Source: Glycera tridactyla
Lineage: Eukaryota
Assembly: GCA_965644265.1 (NCBI GenBank)
Contig: OZ286459.1
Coordinates: 71,114,001-71,178,000 of the forward strand
DNA: 64,000 nt
Direction: 5' to 3'
In this document: piece by piece, positions 42,891 to 54,821 of the stretch
Position numbering within the stretch: the first letter of the stretch is position 1
How the letters are laid out: each line of letters opens with the position of its first letter
Made by a program: the position numbers and the translations under genes
The notes under the pieces: generated by a model
What the model was told of the DNA's origin: nothing
Seen by the model: the letters and a program-made list of their open reading frames with translations, nothing else
Database searches by the model: none

Positions 42891-45800
42891 ACAGTGAGTG
42901 AAGGATAGGAAATGAACTTGATCCATCCCCGACAATGATATTAATTCAACCTTCCACATTTGTGCTCCAAATCACCACATGGTTAGTTTGGAAAAATGGG
43001 CCTTGACTGAACTAAATCTCAAAAAAAAAGTTGGCGTGCCTAACTGGAAAGCCTTCTAATCTATCCTGAAGTTCCATGCTGGAATCACACTGATCAAACT
43101 CAACACCTCTGAGATGTAATGCCTGAAATGAACCAATCGAACTTGGAAACTAGTGAGCACTACAGAGATGTGAATGCTAGAGATGGTGAGCAAATGGGCC
43201 AGCTTGATGCTCATGACCAGCCCGGGCTGGGCCCATAACCGTGGGAGTGTGAGCAGTAGTAAGGCTTCCTGTAATATCATCTATTGTAAGGAAGTGGTAT
43301 AGAAGCTCGGCAAACACTGGTTGCTGGCAATATTGCTCGATGTACAGATGGTCTTACTGATACCCGCAGCTCACCAAACATGCAACCTGCCACCGAATAA
43401 GCTTGATCAATTTACCCTGACCATCCACCCTGACCTAACTGCTACCTCTTTCACCACGCCCATGATATACACAAACAATAAGTTCACACACAAACTACAA
43501 TAGATGCGACAAAATTCCCAAACTTGTTGAATCCCCTCAAGACAGATCCCTTGTTAATCATACTTTCTTTTCTCTCAGATTTTTTTAAGCAAAAATACTT
43601 CTATTATCAATTTATGGTCACTTTACACCTCATAAGACAGCACCCCACATGATCTTACACTGTCCACCCATACAGGTGGGTCCTCATAGGATGGGATCAT
43701 GATAATGAAATTGACTGTTGCATTCACAGACTGCCGATGTTGACAACTCTCCAGGAGAGAATAGGGAGTCAAAATAAAGTAAAGTCTAGATTAGGCAGAG
43801 AATGTTTTATTGATACCAATGAACAATTGGAAGTCAATGAAACGTGAAGTTGACGTCAATAAAAATGATCTGTATTAACATGGAAGATTGCGATGTATTA
43901 CTGCAATAAGAACGAACACCAGTTGTAATAAATGCATCAAATGATGAGATGAAATTAGATATCATCTCGACATCTCAAGCAGAACAAGATACTATTGTAT
44001 TTTCTTGACTGAGTTGACCACATCACAACTGTACAAGTACCAGCAGCCATATTTATCCACCATTTTGTCATATTCTGTCGGTTTGATCTGGAAGCAATTG
44101 AGTGAGAGCCAATTATTGAGGGTGGTTATCAGGGCCATTGCAGCCACCTTGTGGCTCTCCATCTATATAGTCCACCATTGGCCTCCTCTACAGATGCTAC
44201 ACATTTTCCCGCCTACTATCAGTCCATATCTGATACTGGCCTCCTGGTCAGCTCTTGAAACAAATCTAATAGAGCGATACAAACTAAGGAGTGTGTGTAT
44301 ATCTTCAACAGATTGTGTGATGAATTCGGCAAAATGCAGCATTTGACATGGTCTGACCAGTGCAGGAAGCATGGGGGGGGGGTGATGCTTGAAGAGCAAT
44401 CATTGTTCACATGCATTAGATCATCACATCATGCATGCCCCATGACATTTGTGGATGCAATTGTCATGTACCCTCACAACAGTTTTAACAGATTCTGAAC
44501 TGTCACATAGATCTACTAAATCTTTTTGCCAGACGATTTGCCCAAAGGTAGCAATGAATTTACAACTATTCTGAATATTTGAGACTGCCCTTGCTCTCAT
44601 ACAAAATTCAAAATCAGCACAGAACATTATTTGTGATAAGAGTAAGGTTACTGAAGTCTCTGATAAGAGATTTCTTGCTAAAGATATTTTAGGAAGCCTG
44701 CCTGAATATTATCTTCATAATCTAGGATTATGGTTATGCTTATGCTTATGAACTTTTGAAATTTGTAAGATGGCTAAGTATGGCATGAATTCATGAAATC
44801 ATGATGGGAACAAGTTTCATGATTTTACATGAAGACCAAGCCTGGAGTGAGGTCCATAACAAATCCTAAGAAATGTTATGCAGAACCAGATTAGTGGACA
44901 GGCATTGAATGGAACCCAACTGAAAATATGGATCAGAAAAATCAGAGTTTACAAAGGCTGTGGAGGCTGCAGTCTAGATGCCGCAATAAGGGAGATGCAT
45001 CTTAGCGTAAGGGAGATGGAATGCCCTTATGACCTGTCAACCCCATCACAGATATAAATATTTGATTGGTAATCTCAAAGGGGAATCAACACTGACAGTA
45101 CGTTATAAGCCATGTGTGTTTGCGAGAGATGGCGAACACCATCGAGCAAATATGGCTTTGTTTGCATCGATGTATTGTCTGGTCCCCTCCCTTTGTATTC
45201 AACCTTCATGCTAATTCCATTACCGCCTTCAAAATTCAATCTTGTAAAATGATTCAGTGGCAATGCCACAGCCACTAGATTTATCCGCCGAGCATGTATC
45301 AAATGATCGATTTCTCGTCCGGCCTCAAATGAATTTTCATCCATGTCGACAATCAAAATGTTAAAGTCAGAGGGTAGAATAGCAGCCAGCGCCGATCTGC
45401 AGCATAAGAGGCACAGCAGCACATGCACACATCACACTGCTCATCAACTAATGATTGGTGGTAAACATCAATGATTATAAATGCACAAATGCTGTTTCAC
45501 CCATCCCATGATGGAGTGTGGCGGGGATGCTGTGACATTCGAGATTCTGCATATGATGTGATTTTTTATCGAACTGTTGTGCCAATATTGGCAATGTCTA
45601 TTGTGCCCTGATAAAAGCCAGCCCCGGCAGAAGCACGCCACCACTGCTGAAGGGGCAGCCCCAACAAAGAGTGTCCCTGGTTGGTAGGACAATGGGGACA
45701 GACACCCTATTGGGGTGACACCTCCACCCTGGCTGGGACACGGGCAGGTGATTCACAGTTGACAGACTCCCATGGCATCCCCATCCTCATGCATGAGTGA

Positions 45801-46722
45801 GTCTTCTGTCAACCAGAGTAGCATTCAACTGCTCTACAATTCAGCACAAACACAGCACTAGGTCGAAGGGGGGGGGGGGGGGTAGTTTAGAGAGCACTTT
45901 TTAAACTGAACACTTCATGACCCTAACAGGAACATAACAGTATTGCCATATAATGCATCTAACACAAACTCCACTGAAAAATCCATTATAAGCATGCCTT
46001 TCATTTCAAGACATCAGAGATTGTTTCCTTTGTGTCCTGGACCAGAAGAGTAAAACTTGTGCAGACCATGAAGCTAATGATGAAAATGTATGTTGAGTGC
46101 AAATTCATGCTTCAAAGAGAAATTTTCAGATGAAATGAGCAACATCCAGCTGCTTAAGGTAAATTCTTGCTTAGTGCAATTATTACAATATTTTTGAAAG
46201 GCAGACCAGTACTGCATCCTTATAATCTGAGTACATATCTTGCATATTCAAGATCTCAACAAACAGTATACATATGAAAAATATAATTCCATTGTAACAT
46301 TCTATATACATAACAGATTGAGAAATCACTTGAGTGTGTAGTTCCAGCTCCCCCAAGATCAACAAAATTTTATATACTGCTTACTAAACAGAGAAAAGTT
46401 CATTCTTCGAAGGTCAATACAAGATAATGGTTACGGTTTCGTGAATAATTTTGTAATAGAGCAAGCATCATGGTTATATGAGCTGAGGAGGAATGGGTCA
46501 AGGTTCAATGCAGGAGGCATCCATGCCAATCAGCATCCTCTCCCTGAGGGATGGCTATGATGATGATGAGCATCTTTGTCACCCGTATCAGCAACTATCA
46601 TCACCATCAAGCATCTACATCAAGATGCCCGAGAGATGCCTCACATCCTGACTGCAACACCTTATCTCACACCCAAATATTTTCCATAATGTGCAATGAG
46701 TTCACATCACTCAAAATAGTTA

Positions 46723-46868
46723 CAGACCAACCTGTTCGAGGCCACCTCTATACAAAGACCACCAATAGTATTCATCACAGTAAATAACCCCTCTAGGTTA
46801 GCCACCTTTCAACAAAGACAACTTTTCAATGCCACCAATGATGGTCTGAGTGGATAGGTTTAACTTTG
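46723..46868. mobile_element. B-like MITE, degenerate
   Basis: TA|CAGACCAACCTG start with repeated (g/a)gccacc/gaccacc units. A separate isolated left TIR (tacagtcaaacttgtgacgagagac) lies at about 46988. Confidence 0.6.
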
Positions 46869-49773
46869 CATCCTAGAAATTCAATATCTTTTTAATGACA
46901 TCTGACAGCATGCAGTTAAGTATTATCTTGCAGTTCTACCTTTTAAATTTCAGATAGCTATGTATCAAGGGGAATATGGATGTTTAGTACAGTCAAACTT
47001 GTGACGAGAGACACTGATGAGAGCATAAAACATATGAAGGTCAAGATTCAACCTTTTATCACATCAACTAGGAGATACTGTACGTCTAAAAAGTATCTCT
47101 AGATTGGAAGACATCTGTGCAATTACTTCCCAGAACAAAAGAAAATCTTTGATGGGCTACTCATTAGACTCCCTGGCAATGGACAAACTTAGTTCTTACA
47201 CTACTGGACATGATTGCAATCATGGTGACTGTATTGTTTCCACAACTAGTGAATAAAGTCAGAGCAGTTCCCCAGTTGGATTTAGTCCTTCTGAGAAAGC
47301 CCATCCTGTCTTTATTACGGCACGGCCAATTCCTATTGTGGCATCCCAATAAAATCTGTACCAGACAGAAGACAACTAATCTTGCCTACATGCACTCGAG
47401 GGGATCTATCGGGTGCAAATCCATTCCTGCAATCAGCCAACCTGGTTAACAACATGGGAAAAAGCCTTGTGTATTCACACTCTAACTTGTTATGGATTGT
47501 GCAAACATACATGTTTACTATCCCAAATCAATGCAACCCCACTGAATGAAATATCATGTAAAAGGTTCAGTTAAAAATTGGGTGTAACTCCAAACCATTC
47601 TTCATCATTCTCAAGAATTATTTTTTCGAAAACCATTGGATTGGAATATCAATCCATACTGAAACATCGATCAACATTTCTCTTCGCTTGACTATTTTTG
47701 ATTACATTGAATTCAGGACAGAGAAATCCATTTTATTCATACCTAGATATCATTCCGGTGAGTGATGAATTGGAAGGTGGGATAGTTCCCTCACACAAAT
47801 TATGGCCAACCCAGCCAGGTAAAGAAAAAGAACAGAAGAATATTCTTGTGAATGAAAAATGAATTGATGCAGGTCTGAATGCTTTTTGATCAACAGATTA
47901 TTCACTGTTGATAGCTGGGAGCAATGTATAGTGTGCTCAATATCCATATGTCACCCCTCTTTGTTTGCAATATCTCACCAGTGTTCAACTGATATCAGTC
48001 ACTTTGCAACATATCATGCTTATCTCATGATCAGAATAACTGAATTCAATACATGCCATATCTTAGTACTTGACTGTTTCATGTAAAAACTTCAAGGATT
48101 GATGTGAAACAAATGTATCTATAATTTGTTGCCAGCTGAGGTCAAAGTTATTCACATTCTTTGTTCTCTACTTCTTTCTCAATGATTGGGCAGAGCATGC
48201 GATTCAACTGAACGAACAGTTCTAAATGGATCAGGGCATCAGCAAAAAGTCTGACTCTATTTGGTCAAAGACGTCAATACTCTATGACTGCATCCATACG
48301 CAATCATTCTCAGAAATTTGGCCCACTTGGCAAAAACTGTCCTCTAGTGATGACAGACATAACTAGACCTAGCCATCTGGTGGATATGATATTGAGAGGA
48401 TCCATTGATCTGCCTGCCAGCTCGATTTTGCCTTCCAGAACGTACTACACAAAGACAAGTAAATGCTGTCCTATCACAAGTGGAGTTTAGTGTTAGGATG
48501 AAGGTACACAATTTATGCACACAATAATGGACGGTTGTCAATCATATCTAGCCCACTCTGGTGAGCTGACACAGAGATTCTTATGGACTGCCAGACTGGA
48601 ATGAAATTTGCAACTTGAGGAGCTCAAAACAAAGGGAGATTGGTTCAACATTCAAAGTTGAAATTACTTGGAAATAGGCCTAATCTGAATCCCCCCAAGC
48701 AATTACCAGGCAAGACAACAAAGCTAACATTCATAATCACAAAGAGAGAAAAGTAGAGTGAAATGGAAAATTTGTTGGATGCTATTGTGGAACAAAACAA
48801 TGGATGCCTAACTGATATGCACAAGGTATGAATTTGTCAGAATACTATGGTTAATACAGATCTCTGAGTCTCAATTCAGTCTGAAACAAAATCACTTACT
48901 GACACCAAATCTTTGAATTAGAATTCTTAAAATCATTTGGTTACCACCAAATCATGAAAAAGTCATGGTTGTTGTACTCATTCTTCTCTCCATGCTGTCA
49001 TCCAAATAATTCACAACTTGAAAGTATGGTCAATGAATTGGGTGAATAACTACATGGATGGGAGCCTACTGTGAGATGCTAAGGTCAGATGGGAGCTGGT
49101 CTATACTGCCACTACAATGGGGTATCCCATTAGATGATGGCATAATCATCGCCAACCCCTCACCATTGTTGTCAGTACTGCGCTGGCATAACCATGACAA
49201 CTATCAGGAGATTTGAAAGGATAAGCCAGAAGCCTAAAAAAACATCATGCCAGATGGGGTTACCAAGTCGACAGGGCTGAATCAGGAAATGCTGCATTTC
49301 CTACCAATCTATTGGTTTTCAGCAATCTAATGCAGCAATTTTGAGGGAAGCGAACCACACCCACTCTGGTCATAAAATCGCTCAATAGCAGAGTTGGCGG
49401 CATAATTTGCAGCATATTGTATATACCAGTATATATATATATATCTTATATGTACACACGCAAACACGTGAGTGCTGAATCTAACCAGCCATTGCATGCA
49501 ATGCTAACGTTACCCTGTCGCCACAGCCGCCCAGCACACATCACTGACTGCCATGCAATTCGTTCGATTCCGATTCCCTAGCAGCATCTGATAAATAGCA
49601 GGCGCTGAGTCACCAACGAAGGGCCCCGGCAAATGTACTGCTTCTCTGTGACAATGTAGCAACAACGCCAGCGATAGCCGGGCACCAATGGCAACGGGTC
49701 GCAGCATCAGCAACTGGGATGGTGCCAAGTGATGCTACAATAGTGTGATGTGTAGTCATAGAGTGTAACCTAC

Positions 49774-50083
49774 CTCCCACCATGGTGAATGTTGTCAAAG
49801 ATGTAGTGTGTATCCGAGTGTAGGGGTGATGATGGTGGTGCTATTGGTGGGGACGACACAACGATCCAAAGTACTTAGATGTTCCAAAGCGTTAGCAAGA
49901 TGTGGACTGCGTAACAAGAGTACAACACAACACACAAACACACCTTCTGGCTCCCACGGTTCATACCCTTCTATGATGCCTGCCACAATGTGCATGTGTC
50001 TACTTCAAGCAACATATGAATATGCATGAGGGAATCCCCACATCGGCCAATCAGGGAGAACCAGGCACACTCCACCAGCCAAT
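49774..50083 (-). promoter_or_regulatory. Candidate internal promoter and alternative first exon (ATG GTG GGA G|gtaggt) of the CELF gene
   Basis: Two GCCAATC boxes at 50047 and 50079 (32 bp apart) in locally CpG-richer DNA without TE hallmarks. Kozak-like caccATGG at 49783, followed by a phase-1 donor GAG|GTAGGT at 49774/49773. No transcript evidence. Confidence 0.4.
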
Positions 50084-50825
50084 CGTAGCGAGCAGCCCGT
50101 GGACAATGTGGAAGGTAATGACAAAGCGTGTGGCACGTGCGTCGTGTATGGTCGGCCATATGCCCATGGCAGCATGGCACTGGAACCCCCTCCCCCCTTC
50201 TCTCCTGCCACCACCTCCCAGCTTCTCTCATTGTACTGCACACATACCTGGTGGGAGAGCCAATTACATACACTGAGCCTGCCTGGCATCAGCTTCCTGC
50301 AGGTGAGGCCTTGTTTGGCTGAGGTGTGAGATCAGCCAAGCGTGACAGCTTCTTAACACAGCTCAGCGACCACAGCATCTTATCAGCTGTCCTTCATCCC
50401 AGATTCTGTTACTCCCCTCCCCCCCCCCCCCCCCTCATACAAACACACTCCCTTACATCTGCTCAAGTCCCACCAGCAACAACTTGTCACCAAACTTATA
50501 GCAATCTTACAACACAATCGAACAGGAAAATCATCCCATGCATTTGTGGATCAACATTACATGTAAATTACTACCATTATAGATCCAACAGTGAGAGCAG
50601 CTGCTAGATTTCAGATGTTTTTTTTGACATATTCAGCTGCAAACCTTTTCATAGGGCAACCTCTGTACTAAAGCCACTTGCCGAAAAAAACACCCCATGT
50701 AGGGAAACCTGTGAGCAGAGACTCAAAATGTCCTCAAGAATGGTCTTTCACGGTGGTGGTCTCATGTTGAAGATATATTTGATTGGCTTTATAGGCAGGT
50801 GGCTCCTGTAGAGAGGCAGTAGATA

Positions 50826-51001
50826 CAGTTAAACCAGCTCAAGACCACCTCTGTATAAAGGCCACTTGCCATCAATGGCCACCCCAATCTGTGACAACAA
50901 TGATATTTCATTCAAAAGAGAAACATTCTACAAAGACCACCTGGCTATAAAGACCACTTTTCAATTATACCCAGGGTGGCCTTTGTAGACAGATTTGATC
51001 G
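50826..51001. mobile_element. B-like MITE
   Basis: TA|CAGTTAAACC start, tandem aagaccacc/aaggccac units, ends ggtggcctttgtagacagatttgatcg|TA. Confidence 0.75.
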
Positions 51002-51368
51002 TACATGTACATTGAAACCGGTGAAGTTTCTGATGAACAAGCACTTCTCAAAAACAGTTTTCAAACAATCCTTCGCAGATATATTTGAGAGGGGCCATAA
51101 AAAACAAGTGACCCTCATACATCAGTAGCCTATTTGGAGCAGTTTCAATTATAAATCAGTAGGTTAGAACATATGCTGCACATAAAGGGGCACCCGCGAT
51201 GAGTGACCACACTCAATGTCATCAATGAAATGCAGTCTCTCAAAATAAGGTGGCCTCTCGTCAGAGCTACATTTGAACATGTCAAACAAAAATCTCTATT
51301 GAGTGTTCTTCTGTCAGAGGTGGTCTAGGGTTGATTTGGGGTCTTTCGACCTACAATCCCACTGCATA

Positions 51369-51504
51369 CAGTGAATCATGTGATGAGAGACTACCTGGAA
51401 AGAAACCAACTGTGACAGGTCTAAGATTGTCTCTTGAGTATGGGGTTCAGTCTTCTGTCGGGGGAACTTTTCTTGTCCGAGGTCTCTTGACACAGGTTCC
51501 ACTG
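51369..51504. mobile_element. CAGTG/TA MITE variant, 136 bp
   Basis: TA|CAGTGAATCATGTGATGAGAGAC ... ggtctcttgacacaggttccactg|TA. Imperfect TIRs with TA on both sides. Confidence 0.75.
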
Positions 51505-51533
51505 TACACTGGGGAATCTTTTATGAGAAAATA

Positions 51534-51711
51534 CAGTCAAACCTCTCTATAAAGACTGCCTTCGGTTGCATAAAAAAGTGGTCTTAATAAGGAGGTGGTC
51601 TTTATAGGGAGGTCATTTACTGTTGAAAATACTACTACCGTCGCAGATCAGGGTGGTCTTTATAGGGAGGCGGTCTTCATAGAGAGGTGGTCTTTAGAGG
51701 AGGTTTGACTG
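51534..51711 (+). mobile_element. MITE family B, full length (178 bp)
   Basis: TA|CAGTCAAACCTC ... GAGGTTTGACTG|TA, with tandem internal (ga)ggtggtcttta units. Confidence 0.92.
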
Positions 51712-51713
51712 TA

Positions 51714-51858
51714 CCTGATAAGAGACCACCTCTGATTGGAGGCCGTTTCTGCAGCATAGAGTTACTATTCGGCATAGTCAAATAAACGATAGACCTCCTC
51801 TTTTGACAGACCCCTTTTTGGTAACATTTATGGTGGGCTCACATAGCAGGTTTTACTG
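51714..51858 (+). mobile_element. MITE family A, left end missing, abutting the family B copy
   Basis: cctgataagagaccacc..catagtcaaata..tttttggtaacattta..gcaggttttactg|TA. Confidence 0.8.
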
Positions 51859-52001
51859 TAAACATGAAGTAAAACATGCATCAAGAGACCCCTTGCCAAG
51901 AGACCACCTTCAACGGGAAACCATACTTTCAGGGCAGATTTTCTCTTTGACTGAGTCAACTATACCTCCAGCAAGAGACCGACTCTTTTGAGAGACCACT
52001 A

Positions 52002-52154
52002 CAGGGTGAGAAGAGATAGCCGCCCACCTGCCCGGGGCAGGTAGATTTTCCAGGTGGGCAGGTGGAAAATGACCATAAATGACTTGCATATATGAGCAGG
52101 GCAGGTGGATTTTCCAGGGGGGCAGGTAGATTTTCATGATGTCTTCTCACCCTG
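52002..52154 (+). mobile_element. MITE family C (153 bp, TIR CAGGGTGAGAAGA)
   Basis: Starts CAGGGTGAGAAGA and ends TCTTCTCACCCTG, with internal gggcaggt(a/g)gattttcc repeats. Flanked by direct CACTA (51997-52001 and 52351-52355). Confidence 0.88.
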
Positions 52155-52156
52155 CA

Positions 52157-52339
52157 GGCCTGCCTCGGTGGCTCAGTGGTAGCGTACTGGGCCGGCATGC
52201 AATGGGTCCGGGGTGCGATCCCCGGGCCTACCATGCAGGAATGTTCACCCTTCATCTTCTCTCCTCCTTGGCAGGTGGTCCGATTTAGCCTACTCAAGTG
52301 CAGAAAGTGGACCTAAAACAACACCATTTCCATTTCCAT
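52157..52339 (+). mobile_element. tRNA-derived SINE, full length
   Basis: A-box TGGCTCAGTGG, B-box-like GGTGCGATCCC, (CCATTT)n tail and a 13-bp TSD TTCTCACCCTGCA (52144-52156 and 52340-52352). Confidence 0.9.
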
Positions 52340-52694
52340 TTCTCACCCTGCACTATTTGGTGACATTTAGGGCAGTCTCGTCAGAGGTTTTGCTGTATTG
52401 AATCAGACATGCAGGGAAAGTCTGATGTGCTGAAATGAAACAAAGGCGGACAACTTCAAGTTATACAGTGTGAGACTCTCACCTGTAATGCAGTGAAAAC
52501 TAAAGGTCAATCAGCACTCTATACAGTCAATTTAGTGGAGTGAATCATTAGTGTGCATGTGTACAGCTCTTACTTGTTCCACATCATGCCAATTTACCAT
52601 GATTAAATTCCAAGAGGGATGTGAGACGTCTAGAACAGAGTACACAACCTCCATGTATATCCTCTCACCAGGTAAAATAAGTCCAAATCTGATA

Positions 52695-52870
52695 CAGTGA
52701 CACCTGCGATGAGAGACCCCCTACGAGAGACCACCTCCGACGGGAGACTGCTTTTCCAGGGCAGCTTCTCTATTTAACATAGTCAAATATACCCACGACG
52801 AGAGACCACCTCTTTTGAGAGACCGCTTTTTGGTGACATTTAGGGCGGTCTCTCGTCGCAGGTTTCACTG
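52695..52870 (+). mobile_element. MITE family A, full length (176 bp)
   Basis: TA TSD on both sides. 24-bp TIRs CAGTGACACCTGCGATGAGAGACC / CAGTGAAACCTGCGACGAGAGACC with 2 mismatches. Confidence 0.93.
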
Positions 52871-52955
52871 TAGGTATGGTTTCTCTCCTTCACATCACAA
52901 AGATAGAACAAATTGGAATGGAACCCTCTGACAGAATTCCTTGACATCTCCAATG

Positions 52956-53118
52956 ACTAGAACCTGTATCAAGATGACACCCACCTTTGGTCCACCAAAA
53001 AGTGGCCTTTATAGGCAGATGACCTATGAAGTGAGGTCATTTACCATTAGAAATGCTATCAGAATCGGAACTCAGGATGGCCTTTTCAGGGAGATGGTCT
53101 CTTAAGCAGGTTTGACTG
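52956..53118 (+). mobile_element. B-like MITE, diverged
   Basis: aaaaagtggcctttatagg..gaggtcatttac.. ends cttaagcaggtttgactg|TA. A similar right-end fragment ends at 54250. Confidence 0.75.
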
Positions 53119-54821
53119 TATATTCATAATCAGTCTCACTCAAATGTTCATCCTATTTCAGACACCCTATTTTGTAATCCGGGATATAAGTCCTGACTGA
53201 AATGAAGATCCATTAAAATGGCTCAGTCATGGACGCCGCTACAAAAAAGACTAGATAAAAGGATATCACTTTCCTGGCAACAAATTTTATTCAGCGCAGG
53301 TCTAATGCAAAAAAATTGAAAAAAAAAATCAGCTTCAGTAGTGTGGCGTTTGATGGCAGCCAGTGAAAGTTGGCAATGACTGTAGTCAGCCGGGCAATCT
53401 CAGCTTCTTTTAACAGCAGCTTCATGGGTGCCGCAATCAAAGCCAAACTGATGAATGTCCTTGCATGACCTGACTGTGACCTCCAGCTGACCTGCCCACA
53501 ATGACCACGCAGTTGACCTCTACATGTGTAACCACTCCTATCTGCTGTTGGCCAGGGTGTTTTTTCAGCATTATCCCTGACATCCATATATAGGGATTAT
53601 CTCAGCTTAATCCCAACCATGACAAAACCAGGGCCTAAGTTTGCTACCTCAGAATTCGGATGTTTTTGTTTCCATGGACATTTGGCCTTGACCATTATAA
53701 AAAGACTGACCAGTGGTGTCATCACCTCGGGTGGTTAAAACAAGGTCATAGCAGTGCTATTGGGGTATACAGTAAACTATTGATTGGTGTTCAACAACAG
53801 TTATCAGCCCAAAGGATTATGTATGCCATGTTTCTGGTCAATGAAAGCTAGCTGTTCTGCCCCCCCCCCCCTGCAGGCATCATTTACACCAACCCTGAAC
53901 ACAAGATGATGGGGAACCTGAAAGATTGTCAAGTGGACACACCTCTACCTACTCAACATGAACAATCTGAAGCTAATGATGGCATATCTAACAATGTAAC
54001 TGGCTGGAAGCTGACACTCAAGCCTGATAGCAATGCTTTCTTTTTGAGCAATGCGCAGCACTTGAAACAAGAAAAATCATTAGATTCACAGAGTACTCAA
54101 CCAATGTGTTCAATTACAAACTATCAACTTCAAGCCAGCTTTACAATGGTATCATGGGTGCCTGATATTCACAGTGAAATGCTATCTATGTGGCCATTAT
54201 AGACAGGTGGCCTTTATCTATGGAGGTGGTCTCTTAAGCAGGTTTGACTGTATATGTACAATGGAGAATATAAAATGAGTACACATATATCTTTGACCCT
54301 GAAAGCAAAATGCTTCGATGGAATGGCAGTGAAATCTCACTCAACAGTGAATGTGGGTGGGATGATGAACCCATGAAAAATCTATCCATCAGCTCGAAAT
54401 TTGTCAGGCTTAACTGGCATTTGCAGCAGGTTCTTTCCAATTGTCTACAAAAGAAACCCTTATTCATTATGTGCAGGAACCTTTATGATAAACCCTAGCG
54501 AGCCTTATTTCTATTTGACTTTGTCATATATATATATATATGCTAGACCACACATTTTGTGAGATCACTTTTTTGTGACATTTAGAGTGGTAGATCATAG
54601 TAGGCTCTTCCAAATCACTACCAAGTTCCTACATGAACAATAACCAATGACTGCCCCCCCCCCCCTGCTAAAAAAAGTGGGCAAAACACAGTGATTCTAC
54701 ACCAAAAACAAGGCACATGGTCTCTCCTCTGAGGTTCATTTCCCTGACAGGTGGTCCGTCATCAGAGGGTCTTTCATAACAGGTTCCACTCTGTGTTGTT
54801 TACCATCTGAGTATCTGAGTA

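Larger units (their letters stand above)
51867..52395 (+). mobile_element. MITE family A interrupted by nested insertions
   Basis: Family A sequence runs to gagagaccacta (52001), resumes as tttggtgacatttagggcagtctc at 52356 and ends ggttttgctg|TA. Confidence 0.88.

Noticed and set aside
49541-49558. Minus-strand LHGSQ, resembling the next CELF RRM2 exon
   Set aside because: It is followed immediately by TGA, has no flanking similarity, and lies upstream rather than downstream of the real exon.
51534-51711. Short direct repeats resembling a CRISPR array
   Set aside because: They are irregular subrepeats inside TIR-bounded MITEs in eukaryotic DNA, with no unique spacers or cas genes.
52157-52235. 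Possible tRNA gene
   Set aside because: The acceptor and anticodon stems do not pair properly, and the sequence continues into a body, tail and TSD, which makes it a SINE head.
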